The notes under the pieces are model-generated. The model saw nothing but the letters and a program-made list of their open reading frames with translations, did no database searches and was not told where the DNA came from. This document shows, piece after piece, positions 26,201 to 41,200 of a stretch of DNA of 64,000 nucleotides. Position 1 is the stretch's first letter. Each line of letters opens with the position of its first letter. The translations under genes and the position numbers were made by a program. This DNA comes from Haplodiscus bocki (lineage: Eukaryota): positions 9,610,001-9,674,000 of the forward strand of contig OZ296658.1 in assembly GCA_965655095.1 (NCBI GenBank). The letters are read 5' to 3'.

Positions 26201-29200
26201 GCTCGCGAAGGTACTCAACCTCTTGACTACATCGCTGACCATATGCTTATGCAATGTCAGAGAGCATGTACCAAAACCCGGAGAGACTAGGCAGAGAACA
26301 ACCAATAGAGGAAACAGCGGAGGCTCAAGGTAACTATCCTAACTTTAAACAAAAACTAGCTCAAAAAGAAATATTTGTCATCTCAAAAGTCAACGAATGC
26401 CAGGAGCTGTTTGGCAACTGCCGTCTGAGAGCAGCAGGGTTCCAGAAAATGACAACTAGGGCGTTAAGTAGAAATACGACGCTGGAAACAAAAATTCTTC
26501 CCAAAAAGCCGTATTTTTTCGACAATTTTTCTCAAAAAAACTCGACTAAAACAATTTTCGCACAACCCGAAGGTCACATGAACAATGAAGAGATGCTGAG
26601 GATTATTAGGAGACACACATTCGAGGCAAATTTACAGGTGATGAGAGTCGCAGTAAATTATCGCAAAGGGCTAAAACAATTGAAAAAAAGCTCTACATCT
26701 CAGGAGTGCCTTGGCCAGACTAGCTATCTACGACGGAGCGTACCCTGAAAAGCACTGGACTGCTTCCAGAGCACTACAGACAATCCAGTGGGCGTTACGA
26801 AGCCCAGTTCAACTTTGTACAACCGGATAAACACTCTTCGGTAGATCGAAAAGTCTTAAGGGAACCTATTAATTGACAAATTTCGGGAACAAATCCTAGA
26901 AAACTTCGCTCGGAATCGAAACTTGAACAAAACCCACTGCTGTACATTTTGCTTGATGTTTCCAAATTGCAGTGATATGCATTACTTTGAAGCACGCTGA
27001 ACGCGCTAAACTTAAGATAATTCAGAAATTTATCTGGAAATTCATTTTTTTGCGTAAAAAATTTCGGTCGAAACATATTGAAAATCAGAAAACTAAGGGG
27101 CTAAACTCTGAATGCAACTAACGCTTCCTATTCCAACTTATAAACAGCACTGGGATGTCTTAAATGGGATATTAGGCCAGAGACGTGCGACAAAGTAAGA
27201 CTTGCCCTTCTGAAAAAAATTGGTTTTCAGTTGTTTCCTGTTTCCCTCAAAAACTCGCCGGCTCAAAGCTTTGGACCACCGATAAGTTCGGCCCCGGTGG
27301 ATTACTACCTTGCTAATGCAGCTAAGCAAGAAGCAAACCGATCCTACAAATGCCTTCGTAGAAAAAGAGCGTCAAAATTACGAAACGCAGTGGGCAATGG
27401 GGAATGTCGAATCTGTTTCGAAAAAAATCCAAAATTTCCGCTTTTTTGACGAAAACTGGCCGAAAAAAACAATTAGGCAGAAAATATCACAGCACGCCGT
27501 TTAAGTGAATCGTGGTCTATTGATTAATGCAAAAACATCTGTATTTCCAAGCAAGCTTACTGTAAATACAGGACTCAAAAATATTCCCTCTGCCCTCTAA
27601 AAAAATCCGAAAATTGAATTTTTTCATCGCTCATAACTCGCCGAAAAAAATTTCGGCGTTCGAAAATCTGAAATATGACAGATCGTGAACCCTTCGTACT
27701 GTTTATACAAAAATGGGATAAATCCGGTTACTAGGTGCCGAGAAAAATAGATTTAAAGAGATGAAACGCAGAGGGATGTCACGGACGGGAAAAAACGAAA
27801 TCATTGTGACGTGTCCTTCTGCGAATAGGTTTCGCTCCGCTCGCCTATAAATGGCCAGAAACAAATTTTGAACTATTATCTCCAAACATCGTTTAAAATC
27901 GACAGAAGCCTCTAAATTTTTGAACCACAGAACCGCGATAGGAAATGCCCTTTTATGGATGAACTTTTTATATATAAATGTCAAATAAATTTGAAATATA
28001 TATAATTATGTATATACAAAAATGAAAAATAAACCACAAATCGCCAAAATCGGCACCAACCGTAAGACTCAAATTGCTAGCAAGGCTCCGTATTTGATGT
28101 TTTGAAAAACATTCAGCATAGCAAGCGGAGGGGCATATCACAATTACGAAGGGCTGAACACAGAGGCTAAGCTGCCCTTCATAATACTTGCGCCAACGTA
28201 ATACTAGTGAACAAATTGAAGAACTATAACTGAATTTTCGTTACGACTATTGATTAAACAATTAAAGAAATTTATTTAACTCAGTCAATTTTTTACATAT
28301 TTAAAACAAGCGCGCACGAGGGCAAACAAGCTACGTGAGCAAATTTTAGCGACTATACGAGAGCGCATGAATGAGTTTTTGCAAGAAAACCAGAGGACCT
28401 GAACAAAATCTAGACAACATTAGAATTTAGGAACAAATGCGAGTTGTGAACGGATCTGAAAAAAAAACAAAAGCCTGTGATAACACTTGCTTGCGCAAGT
28501 ATAAAAAATTTTCATTTTCAACTTTTTATCGAAACCTTTTCATTTCGCAGTGTGGAAAAATTCGTGAATGGTGTTTTTATCCAGCCAACCTCAAAGGCAG
28601 AAAAACAAGCGTGGAAAGTTGTGACAGGATGCCGAAGACTTTCTCGGTCGATGTTGAACAAATTCGAGACTTCTACTTCCACAATTTCGCCCGAGTCAAT
28701 TAGCTCTACCTTCCAATTATCACTAGCCCCCAATGTCCCAACATTGCCTTCGAAGGATGAGTAGTCATCCAGATTGGTTAGCAGTGGCCCTTCTGCAGTT
28801 GAAGAAGCTGAGGAAGCATTCAAGGTGCCTCCCACGATAGCGTCCACGGTTTCCGCGCTAGCACCTAAAAGTCGAAAAAATAGTTTATTTTATTCGCTAT
28901 GTTAACATGATTTGAAATAGCAGCATAGGCTATTTTTCAAAATGGACATTGGAAAAAAAAGTTCAGTACAACTGTCGTCTAATAAGAACTGCTCCTGAAC
29001 TGAGCGCAAGGAAAGCAATCCGTGATCCCAATTTCCGAAGTGAAAATCATTTTTTTAATGACAGGCGTCATCAAAAAATTAACCGAAGCCGATACTTCAA
29101 AATGATAATCGTTTCAAATGATTATAATTTACTCACATTTTCCTTGATACTTGCCTCTGCCATTTTTATATTTTTTTAAAGCCAGGAAAAATTTTAATTA

Positions 29201-32200
29201 CGCAAAGAATGTTTTTTAGAAAGAATTTCAGCTAGAAGATTTCTGCTTTGTGGTAATTGGACATATAATAAGTCTTAAATCAGCAATTTTGACACTTCAG
29301 AACTAGAACCACGCATTTTTTGAATGTAATTAATTAAGATTACTAAAAAGTAACAAAAATTCAGTCACTCAAACAAGATGGCAGGCTACCGCCAGCATAG
29401 TTTCCGCCTTCCAAATTTGTTGAAAATGACTTTTAGAAGGATGAAAGCCCTAAATTTAGGTGGAAAAAGACATTTCTAAAAGAAATAAAATCATCAGATT
29501 CGCATTCTGCAGCAAATTTGCCAGCAAATCATGTTTTTTTTCTGAAAATTTTTTCCCAAAAAAAAACAATCATAGTAAGTTTTGAGAAATCTTACTATTT
29601 CAGTCGCATTCTACGGCAAATTTGCCAAAAATTTGCGATAAAAGATTTTCACGGTCCGAACTGTCGAACATCGGACACTTTCATCACATCGGCCATTATC
29701 AATTGGCGAGTAAGCATTTAAAAAAAAACGTCGGATTGGAGGGTTTTACGCGGATGATTTTCCTTCCATATTATGAATACGGGCGAAAATTAATAAATTC
29801 AATTGTTACCTTTTTGGCAACCTGGCTTGTTCACTCAAACAATGATTTAATCGCTTACCAAACAAGACGCCCGGCTACCACCAGGATATTATCCGCCTTC
29901 CAACTTTCTTGAAAAAGGGGTTCAAAGGAAACTATTTTTTTATCAAAAGGAAAAAAATTATATTTTATCATTCGTTCAACCTGAAATTTGTCACTTCCCA
30001 ATTCCCAAAAAACCTTAATCTCGGTCACAAAAACATATGTAAGGAAGTTTACCATTTTATATGCATTTTAAAGCAAATTTGCCACCAGCAAATTTCTCTG
30101 AAATCTTTTTCGTTCCTATTAGAATTGAAGAAGAAACCGCTAACTATATAACAGAGGCGAAGTGGAACTTCGCTACTCATTCTTACTTGTCAATAGAGAT
30201 CAAAAATAAAAATTATCCGGGGAGGCTGTTGCGAACATGATCGGAGATGTCATTGATACTTTAAGAATTAAAAGTTTGTACGAAAAAGTCGAATTGAGAC
30301 ACGTACCTGCCAGAATGCCTCATACTAAACCATATAATCTGTCAATCAAGCCTTTTTAGGTTTTGCCATTTTGCAACCCAATGTTTAAGATTTGAACAGT
30401 AAACAACGCGGAAATGAATAAACCCGGAAATGAATAAACCACACCAACAACAGTTTTTCATACTCAAGGCATTGATAGGTAAATCAAGACTTTTTCGGAG
30501 GCTGTTTATTATTTTTATTAGACCATGCTTACAAGATTACCACTTTTTGCAACGCGGAAATAACAAATACCTGCCAAATTTCTGAAAAGGGCCTTCTTTG
30601 ATCGTTTACACAAGATGACTGGACTCTCTCATGACGTCACAAAATGCAAGTTTTGGACAGGATTAAAAAAAACTATGGATAAGCCGGCTTCCAATATGCA
30701 TTCTTCTTTTCAGTCAGAATTATGAATATGGCGGAAATTAAAGTAAATTATTAGGTAAATTATCTTTTTGTTCATTACAGAGTGGAGTTCTCAGAAAATA
30801 CCAAAAACTAAAGCGCATCCCCGAGAATCGAACCTGTAATGTTGAGCTGGTCGGAAACTGGTTGAGGACGCAACAAAACTGCTCGTTTGAAAGCAAACTG
30901 CTCATTTGATGAGGTCATAGTTTCATTTTCAACTCCTCCGTTGACCAAAACTGTTTCTGGTGACCTTTGTTGGATGTTGGGGGTTGCGGACTGTTTGGTT
31001 TTGGCAAGACACACGCGACCAGGTTGCGGGTTGATGATCCTTAAAATGAGTTAGAAATCAGTCAATTCACGCAGTTATTATATAACAAATGGATTCGTGA
31101 AGTATCTTTTTTTATCAATTTTTCCTTGGAAATTGGCTCGTCCAGTAAAAGAAATTTTTATTTACAAAACATTTTTTCGATTCAGTTGGTTTTTTTCCAA
31201 AATCGTTTTTCATATTTCTTTCATGTCTTGTTGCTTTTTTAGATTTTTTATGCCTATTGTCTTATTGCATTGACGAGATTTGTGACAAAAATCTCGAAAT
31301 TAAATTTTCATCAAGAAGTGGTAATGAACTAATAACAATTGAGAAAGCTTTCTCAATTGTCAGTAGCGGGCATTTTAATTGAAGCCTTCTAAGTTTATTA
31401 AATAACTTTGGGATTCTTGAATCAAAATTTTACCCAATATTAACAAGATAGTAAACTAGATGGATTAAACAACACCAAGGACAGGAATTTACGCATCCTG
31501 CTGTTTCCTGTCCTCTCCAAGCCTATCGACAATAGTTACTACAGTGCTTGCTTCTCATTTTTTTCTGAATAAAATTCGTATTAGCATAAAATTAGAATTT
31601 TTTAACATCTGCGGAGACAAATGAAAGTTTTACCGTTTCAAAGAAGAGCCGACACTTTGCAGAGACTCGGAAAACTGTTTGACAGCTTGTTTGTCTACAT
31701 TAGAAACTGGCAGTTGAAGGATGATGTTTTTGGGAGACTCCAGCAGTACGAGGTTGGCTTTGAACTCGGGCTCAATTGGGACGAAATTTAAATCACTGAT
31801 CCAAAATACATCTTTCTTCTTCTCTTTCCTGATACGAAAAAAACTTAGACTATGTCACAAGATTATTGTATTTTCTTGAAGTTGGTTAGATTCCTCGTGA
31901 AATAGTTTTATCTGTTTAAAATTCTACTTTTAAAATCATTTTTTCTCAATCAATCAGGCAAAATATTTTTTCCATGATTCTAGCCAGAAGAAATATTCGC
32001 TTGTATGAAGTTTGCAAGATACAGTATTTGCACAAAGACCTTCCGAGAACTCTGCTAGGGATCTCATTCAGTTAACAAAACAGCACTGATTAGAGCACAC
32101 ATTATAGTCTATAGCAAACTGAAATAGTGTTTTTGCGACCATTAATCGATACCGTATATTTCAGAAATATTTTACCAGTTTTTGTAAACATAATTTGCAA

Positions 32201-35200
32201 CGGACAGTTGTAAATTGCGCGATCTTCTTCCAAATTCATAAGAAGCAGTTTTACTCAGCGCACTTGCGTCCAAAGAGGGCCCACCCACGTGCAAAAAATG
32301 CGCGTTTATACAGGTTAATGAAATTTCGCTTAAAACTTCGATTTTCAAGAATAAAAATCTGTCCATCCCAAAGTCGCTACGAAATCTTTTTATATAATTT
32401 AGCAAATTTCTAGTAAATCGATACACCGTATACCGATTCATGAACTTCCATGTTTTTGATTCGACATTTGTACCGGTATCAATATACTAAAAATATGTAT
32501 TAAAATACATACTTAGTGAAAGTGCCACCTCTCCCCATTTTCAAGGAATAAGCTGTTGCCGCCGCTCCAGGTTCCAATTCAGACTCCTTTGGAACAAATT
32601 TGGGACCGAGTCTTGATCGCATTGAAGGTGGGTAAAAAGCTGAAACACATTTTAAAACACTGAAGTTATCAAAAGTAATTCTAACAAAACTCCCATTCGG
32701 AGAAAAAATCCAATTCGCATCTGATTGAACTTTTATGAAATCCATCCTATTTGATTATACAAAACCCTGGAAAAATCAAAGTTGGCAGCAACTGTGAAAA
32801 GTGCGGTGTTCACAGATACACTAGCCGACAAAAGTAAACGTCAGATCATCTTCAGTAAGTCCATATTTTGTACGAGAATTTCTCTTTTTAGACAAATATT
32901 CGTAAGTTTAAGTAGTCTTTATGGATGCTTTTTGTTTGAGAGTTGGACCATTATTTTAGAAGTTATGATATCTTCCTTTTTCAGTGTTTTCGACCATGTC
33001 TGACCTTTTGTCGGCTAGTGCTTTTTGATTTATCAATCAAAGTTGAACTTTCTAAGTTGCTGTAGCAATAACAAGCAAATTTCAACAAACTCGTATCAAT
33101 AAATTCTACTAAGCGTTTTTGAAAGCACATTTTACTAAGAGTCTCTGATTTCTCTAATTTTGAATTGATTCTTGGTGAGAAGGCAGACCATCACAGGCAA
33201 CAACTTTGAAACTAAACTCAATTTGCACAGGAATCTGACGAGTATTTTGCAAGATATCAACAAAAGGTTTATCTTACAATTGTTGTTATCGTCCATCGGA
33301 GAGTAATTAGACCCTCTTGTTAGTGGTCCTGTAGCTCCCCCTCTTGGTCGAGAACCCAGAGCACCTCGGTGAGAATAATTCTGCTGCCCTTGCGAGTATT
33401 TCGAATCTCTGTTGTTGCTGTACTGAAACGAAAACAGATCTGGATTTGAACATCTGACTGATAATTTAATGGATCATTTTTATAACAGCAGAATGCAATT
33501 TAATAGCCATTTGATTTTTGACTTCTTCTGACATTTCGAAGCTTCTTTTTGGATACCAAACAACAATTTTCCAAATAAAAACAAATTTCTGATTTTATTG
33601 CTTTAAGTAATAAATGTAATGAAAGAAAATCAGCAAAAACCCTCTATGGCGCCGTGGACACTCTGTATCTTTATGATGCAAAATTTAGGGCTCCACTGGC
33701 ATAAAGGCTTTGGCCTTCTTTTAAAACCATAAAACTTCAAACTTCATAGGGATCTGGGATCTATTCACAGCATTTTTTACGCTTTGTTTTGCGTATATGC
33801 AACTCGTTCCAAAAACATTCTCTTGAAATTCTCGATACCGCAGGTATTAAAACAGGCCATTAGATTCCATATTACATGATGGCTTTTCTGGACTCCAAAC
33901 TCATTGGCATTATTGGTCTGGTAACTTTCTTGGCCCGGCTGCAAGTTGTTCTGATTTTGCTCCTGGTAATGTTGTCTTCTTGAACCCGATCCACCTCGAT
34001 GAGAGAAACCCATTCCGCTGCCTCCTCTTCGCCCCCTATCAGAACAAGACCTAAATTGTAACAAGTTACAGAACATCGCCATAAATTTGTGAAACCAGAT
34101 ATTTTGAAGACAAAATGTGTAAAGAAGCGGCAAAAAATCATCATGTGGAAAATATTCGAACTAAAACATAGTTACCTCAGGCTTATTTTTTATTTAGGAG
34201 GCTTAGAAAGAACACAACTGTTTTTTTCATGATCCAAACCGAATCGAAAAAATGAGACGAAACTTGGCACTCTCAGTAAAACTGCGATGGGATCCGGTCA
34301 TACCTTAGTAGGGTCCAAAAATGCAGCTCTGGAACTCGAGATAACCAAATAAATTCATCTTGGTCTACAGTTAGTCATCTAAAAATTTTTGTAAAGAAAC
34401 AATGGAGTACATCGCTTCTTTTATCAAAGAAGATAGCTGAAATTGACGTAGTCTATCGAGACTAAAAATTTTTCATTTGGAAACATGGCCAAATCTATCG
34501 CCGAAAACCTCATCTTCCAGTAGTTCCCGGCTTGCTAAAATGGCCCAATAAATGATCATTTAATAGTGAAGCACAGAACCTACAACTACCTGTTGCCATC
34601 TCCTGCTCCCCCCTCGCGAGGAGCCATTGTTGCGACATCTTGGAACGGCTCCTGGAAGTAGTCCTGGTACTGCTGCGAAGACGAGGTTCCATTTCCTCCG
34701 CTGTTTTGTTGGAAGTTCTGGTGATGCTGCTGTTTCTGTTGTTGGTATTGCAATTTTTGTTGGTACCTGAAATTTAAAGGTCAAGTGTTTTTATTTCAAT
34801 CTAAACTATTTGACCTTTACAAGACGGCCGGCTACAACCGGCATATTTTCTGCTCTCCAACTTTTAGTTCTAAAACTGCTTTTTAGGTTAGAAGCGTTTT
34901 TTTCCCGATAAAAACATTTTTTCTTCACCGAACTTTCCAAATTTGAACAAAATCTGGTTTTTTTGCAAAAAAATCATTTTAGGTGAAAAAGAAGACATTT
35001 TGGAAAATATTCTTTTTATAAAAAATCTACAGCAAATGTGCCACCTTAACCGATTTTGAAAAAAAATCACGTTTTTTCTAATAAACTAAACTTTTCTTCC
35101 AGAAAACCCAAATTTCGTACGTTTTGGGAAATTTTACCGTTTAAGTCGCATTCAACGATTTACGACAACTTGATTAAAAAATAAATTTTCGAATTCAGAA

Positions 35201-38200
35201 TCGTCATTTTGCCGTGCCGGACACGGACATTTTTTAATTGGCATTCACATTTAAAAAATGTAAAAAAAAAACGTTTGCGTTGAGTGGATGATTCTCCTTC
35301 CATATTTAAATATAGGCGGAAAATTAAAAAACATTTTACGGTTGTTGGACATCCAGTGATGTACTACATTGTTAGGCTCATTTGAAGTATACTGTACTTC
35401 CTATCCTCTTTCCACTACAACACTTCAAAGTATTTTCCTTTAAAGGAATCCTTTTTATCATAAACAAATGAGCGTATAAGTTCAAACTTAGAAGGTGGAT
35501 TTGAACTCTGATAGAAGACAAAACTGTTGAGAAGACAAAACTGCAATCTTTTCAAACTACCACGAAGGAAAGTTTAACTTGGAAAATTCTCAAAAAACTT
35601 TCCTAGTCAAAGCAAATGGAGTTATTAGTCGAAGAAACAGAACATTTTATGATCGATTTCATTCATGAATTTCTCCTCATATTCAAGATTGAATACAGAA
35701 AAAATTATAGGTTCCTTTGAAAAAATATGCTTTAGTTTTTATAACAAAAAATTTCTTCAATAAAAATGTACATCACTGTAGACAACCATCATAAGATCTG
35801 GAAAAAAACTTTGAGGAAGCAACTAACTAGCTTGTTCCGACAGACTATCAAAAGACAACTACTTGAGCATCAGGTAGTATCCTTGTTTTTTCTGTAAACT
35901 GATGCTGAGCTCCACAAAAAAAGGACAGGCATCGGAGAAACAATTCAGTTCTTATAATTGTTGCCCTTTTTTGGTGACTACTAAATTGCCTATTTCAACA
36001 ATTTTTTTTGTACAATTTACCTCACTTCGAAGACTTTTGAGGTAATACCGCGTGCTGGTTCTACCGATTTTCATTCAACAGCTTAAGACGTGACAACATT
36101 CAACAAAGAACGATTCCAATCGTAAAAAAAAACAAGTCGGGAACGGCGGCGTTGGTATGGGTCAAAATATCCATGGAGATTCTATTTCCGGTATACTAAA
36201 ATTCGGGAGGGAGGATAGAAAACTATAATAACGCTTTCTCGAATCTCAATACAAAAATTGGACTTGCCCGTCTCGAGTCTCTATCTATGGCTTGGAAACC
36301 TTTTGTCGTACCCTCTAGAACAACACGCGGGGGTAGAAAATTTTGGGGTTGTAGAGCCATAGCAATATAGTAAACATCCAAAATTTAATTAGACGTTTCC
36401 TGGAAAAGGAGAAAAAAATTGGACAAACCTAATCTCGAACCCGATCTATAGCTTGAAGACCTTCATCTCTAGACCACCGGGGATTTCTCGAGAATCAATA
36501 ATCTTGAGTTGGGACTGCTGAGTTTTTGTATAATTTCGATTTCAGAGGTCTTAAAAAAACAAAAGCGCCAGTAATATTCGGGTAGTTTTTTTCTAGAAGA
36601 GCCAACTAAAAACAGGCGCTCAGGGCTAAGCCCGCGCTAGAAACTTCTGAAAAAGCAGTAAAAAGCAGCATCTTCTTTCAAATGGAACCTCGGTGTCTTA
36701 AGGATGTGATTTGAAACCAAAACTCAGATTTGGAAGTTTTCATAACAGACCGAGTTTCATTTTTTCCCCATAAAAACCGATCGAAAAAATTTCTGAACGC
36801 AACTGAAATTAGGTATATAAAGAAATGTAGTCTCTTTGTTATGCCAATTCCACATCTGCGTCATTTAAAGATATTGCTTCCGGGATCTAGCATTAGAAAT
36901 TGACAAAAAAAGTTCAACATAGCGATAAATAGTTCAATTTTAGAGCTTCTTTCCCTAAAAAAACGTACCAAAAATGTTTGCGCCGGATTTTACAGCGAAG
37001 CGAAACCATGCTTCGCAACACCTGTGCAAACGGATTAATACTAAATATAACTGATTTTTGAAGGGGCCAGGATACTACGAATACTACTGATAACAAGTGT
37101 ACAGAAAGTCAGTTAATTAATTCTTCTACAATTATGTACAAGTGAGAAACTCTATAACATTTCATTCGCTTGATTTTTCAAATAAGAATACTGATTCTCA
37201 AGTGGCAATGTCACATTTAGTAGAGCATGCGACAGCAAAACGAAAGGTTGCAGGTTTGAGCCTAGTACATTCCCTCCTCTTTGATCAAAATCTAGGAACA
37301 AATGCGAGCTGTGAACGGATCAAAAGAAGTCCGCAGAAGCATGTGATTAACACTTGCTTGCTCAAGTGTAAGCAAATCTTGGCACCGCCACCAAATTTTA
37401 GTATGTGATAAAACAGAGTGTCCTCATTAAGTGGGTACAAAAATTAGGCGATTTGAAGGCCTACATGCGAAAATAAACGACTTCTAATTATGACATAGTA
37501 TTGTCACAGTAAACAAGAATAGCTAAATTTCAAGTTTTTTTTCGCAAAAAAACCCTACTGAACAATTGCCGGAGCGCATCAAAATCTAGTGCGTGATAGA
37601 CTAAAGTCTTGTCGTTACGTTTTGCGCAAAAATCAAAGAAATCCGTCAAATAGGTAAAGAGATATTAGGCTTTGAACAAAAATATTCGACTGAAAGTGGA
37701 ACGGGCAAAAATTTCCTCTCAATTTACCAGTTGGGTCTAGAAAGACTTCACTACGCTTCGCTATGCTCGCCTAAAAACGCGTTTACTTTTTCAATTAGAT
37801 TTCATATAATACGCATTTTACCTCAGAAGTTCATACTAACTTAGATGACACCTCGAATCAACGATAAAATGAACAAACACCAAGACATTAATACACTGTG
37901 CTTTTTGCTGCTAAGGAGAAACCGAAATTAAAGAAGACACTCAGGTTACCAGACAAAACGGGCGATAGAAGAAAACGAAGGCGAATCGGGTTAGATCCAA
38001 AACTCAATCAAATTCAATTTTTTGTCGCTTTGAAAAGATGAAAAGTTTAGTTCAGTAGTAACTCCTTTCAGGTGTGAGACTCAAACTAACTTCACGGAAA
38101 AGCCGTTTGCGATTCCAAAAGACTGCCGGGTATTTAAGCCTTTGTGGATACCAACCAACAATTTGCGAGATACTATACCGATTTTGACCGATTCGAATAA

Positions 38201-41200
38201 TCGATGGTTTATGGAAAAAAATGTGAATAACCAACAGCCCATGTCTATAGGGCAATAATAACTAATACTAACGAAGGCATGGTTTCCTTTTTCCTCGCGT
38301 ACATGGCCTTTATTCTTTTGCCTTTGAATTCTCTGTTCCTCAAAAACTGACGCACTGTTTCTGCCTCTTCTGCCGTGTTGAACTTCTGGAAACTGAAACA
38401 GTTGCATGGATTACAAAAACCGTCGAAAGTGGGATTTCTCAAGACACTAATCAAGCAGTAATTGAAACCACATCTTTCATATTTCTATCAGCTTGCAAAA
38501 GAAAATTTTGGGAAATGCTCCATCCTTAGTTTTTTTTGAAATAAAATGTCAGCTCTTCGGTCCAAAATTTTTTCCTTACAGACATTGCGTATAACAAATC
38601 TTTCCGAAAAGTCGAAAATTTGCAAACATCAAAATCTCTCGTCCTATGAGTATGTTGAACCTTACGGGCAGCGCACACTTGGCCGTTCTCGGCTCGTTTA
38701 GTAATAAAACACTGAGAAGTATGAACAACAGTTTGTTTGTTTTAATCAAGAGAATTCTCACGCAAAAATGCGTTTTGAAGCTCAAAATTTCAAAAAAAAT
38801 TAAAGGTTTTTTAGAAGTAGCAGGAAAAGTTTAGATACAAGAATAAGATTAACACAGAAGCGAAGCGCAACTTCCAAACACATTCTCATTTGTCAGTTGA
38901 GATCACGGATCCCTAAAGACATTCGAAACCATGATCAGGGAACTGATTGACTTTGAGAAATACTAAATCAGCTGTCAACCCAAATTTCCTTCGGAAAACG
39001 AAGAAAAATTGAGACAAGTAATTGTCACAGGGTCTCATACTCGTACATTTGATACGTCAATCATCTCTTTTCAGGTTACCCCATTCTGCTGCTCAATTTT
39101 TAAGAAGTTTGCGCAGTAGAAAATGAGCAAGAATCTGCAACACTGTCTCAATTGTATGTCAATCATGTTTTTTCAGCTTACGCCATTTTCCTGCTCAATG
39201 TTTAAGGAAGTTTGATCGGTAAACAATGTGAAAAACACGAAGTACCTGAGACATTGCTTGTCTATATACGTCTATCATGTTTTTTTTCCGGTAACGCCGT
39301 TGTGTAGCCCATGTTCAAGAATTTTGCACAGTAAAGAACGCGAAAATCAACCAGCACCTGCCACAATGTCTGAATCGAAACAATGATAAGTCAAGCATGT
39401 TTTTTTAACGTTACGCAATTTTGCTGCCAAATGACTGAGAACGCGAAAATGAACAAGTACCCGCCAAAAAGAGCCGTTTTTGACACTTTACATTAGATGA
39501 CTAGACTCTCTGACGTCACAAAATTCAAATAGTGAACCGGATAAAAAGTACTCGGCACAAGCCGTTTCCAATGCACATTCTTCCTTTCAGTCAAAATGTG
39601 TAAAGTGTTTTATTTGACGGGAATGACCAATAGTCAAAAACTTACGACCCCATTTTTGGGCATTTATCACATTTTTTCACTTTTCCCCTCTTTTCAATAA
39701 TTTTATCGTAACATTCGCCCAATTCTCTATTTAACTACATTGGCAATGAAGCACCCGCGGCCATTCTGTTCACCTTTTGCAGAGAAAATCTTTCACTTTA
39801 CAGAATTCAAGGTTTGTAGGTGCCGAAAATGCAATTTACATGCATTAAGATAAGGTATAGCGATTTAATCTCACTATATAGGCGTAAACATTCTCAGGGA
39901 AGATTTTCCGAAAATATCGCAGAGTCAAACGTTTTTGGTAAAATTTGAAGCCAAAACATTGTTGAAGGAAACTTTTCCATCATTTATACTTCATAAGATT
40001 TTCCAGATCAATCTGACAATTTACCAAAAATCGGGATGGTAATAATTTTCCAACCATTGGTCTAACTTCAAAACAAACAAGTCATGAATGGCCCGAGTCG
40101 GCGCCGTACCCATGGTTCAAAACACTCACAGGACGGAGTTGATTTAAAATTTGAAAAAATGTAATTTGGTATATTTTTGGAATCAAATCTAAGCGAGGCG
40201 AAGCGGGCCCTCGCAGCACATTGACTTGTAAGTACGGTACTGATTTTCATTAGGTGAACTCAGCAAAAAACGAGCAATTTTGAAGCTCTCAGGGTAACGG
40301 TTTTACGAGAAATTTTTAGGTTCTTCATGGAAATTTATTAGTGTTATTTGTTTTGATATTTGACCACTGGTTAGAAAGTTAGAACCACACTGAGCTTAGA
40401 CATTTTCGACCAAATCTGGGGTATCTTACCGCGTACAGAAAAACCTCCATATACTAATTCTACTTTTGAAACAGACCTAAAACATTTGACTCAAACGATT
40501 TTTGGAAGAAACATCACTTTAAAAGTTCACGCCTATAGAGGGAATTGATGTCGCTCTACCCTAGCATATTACATGTAAATTGACATTTCGGCACCTGAAA
40601 ACAGTGAATTTTGTAAAATGGAAAATCATTTCACCAAAAGTTCAAGAGCCTGCTCTCGGGGGATTTATGGTAGACCTAATAACCTACAAAAATTCAGAAA
40701 ACATTTTATTCTAACCCCCGAAAAAATCGAAAAGTCCCAAGATGGCTGAAAAGTGACCAAAAATGGGGGTCTCAAACCATTTGAATATTGGTCCGATTTT
40801 CACCAGATTCAAAGGATCCGATCTTCACCTAACAAAAACCTTTGTAATTTTATGAAAAAGCCTGAGAAAAGTTTGCTCCTACTTATTTCTGAACCACATA
40901 ATTTTTGAGATTTTGGGACTTAAAGCGCTAATTTCAGCTCAGGAGTTCACTTGAATAAAATCAAAACTTTTAGTTATAAGAAAAAATAAACGCCAAAGTC
41001 CCTGAGAGACAATTGAAAACAAGATGGGAGATGTGATTGACACTATAGAATTACTACACAGACAGTCACTCAAAATTAGTTCGAAGAAGTCGAATTGAGA
41101 TAAGTACGAGTCACAGTGCCTCATACTCAAACATTCAATCTGTCAATCACGGCTTTTTAGGTTTTGCAATTTTGCAGCCAAATGTTGAAGAACTTTGCAC

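Noticed and set aside
26254-26748. 164-aa plus-strand ORF in intron 10
   Set aside because: No recognisable motif; probably decayed repeat sequence.
37200-37275. Functional tRNA gene
   Set aside because: Stems and boxes are degenerate and it is embedded in a dispersed repeat; treated as tRNA-derived.
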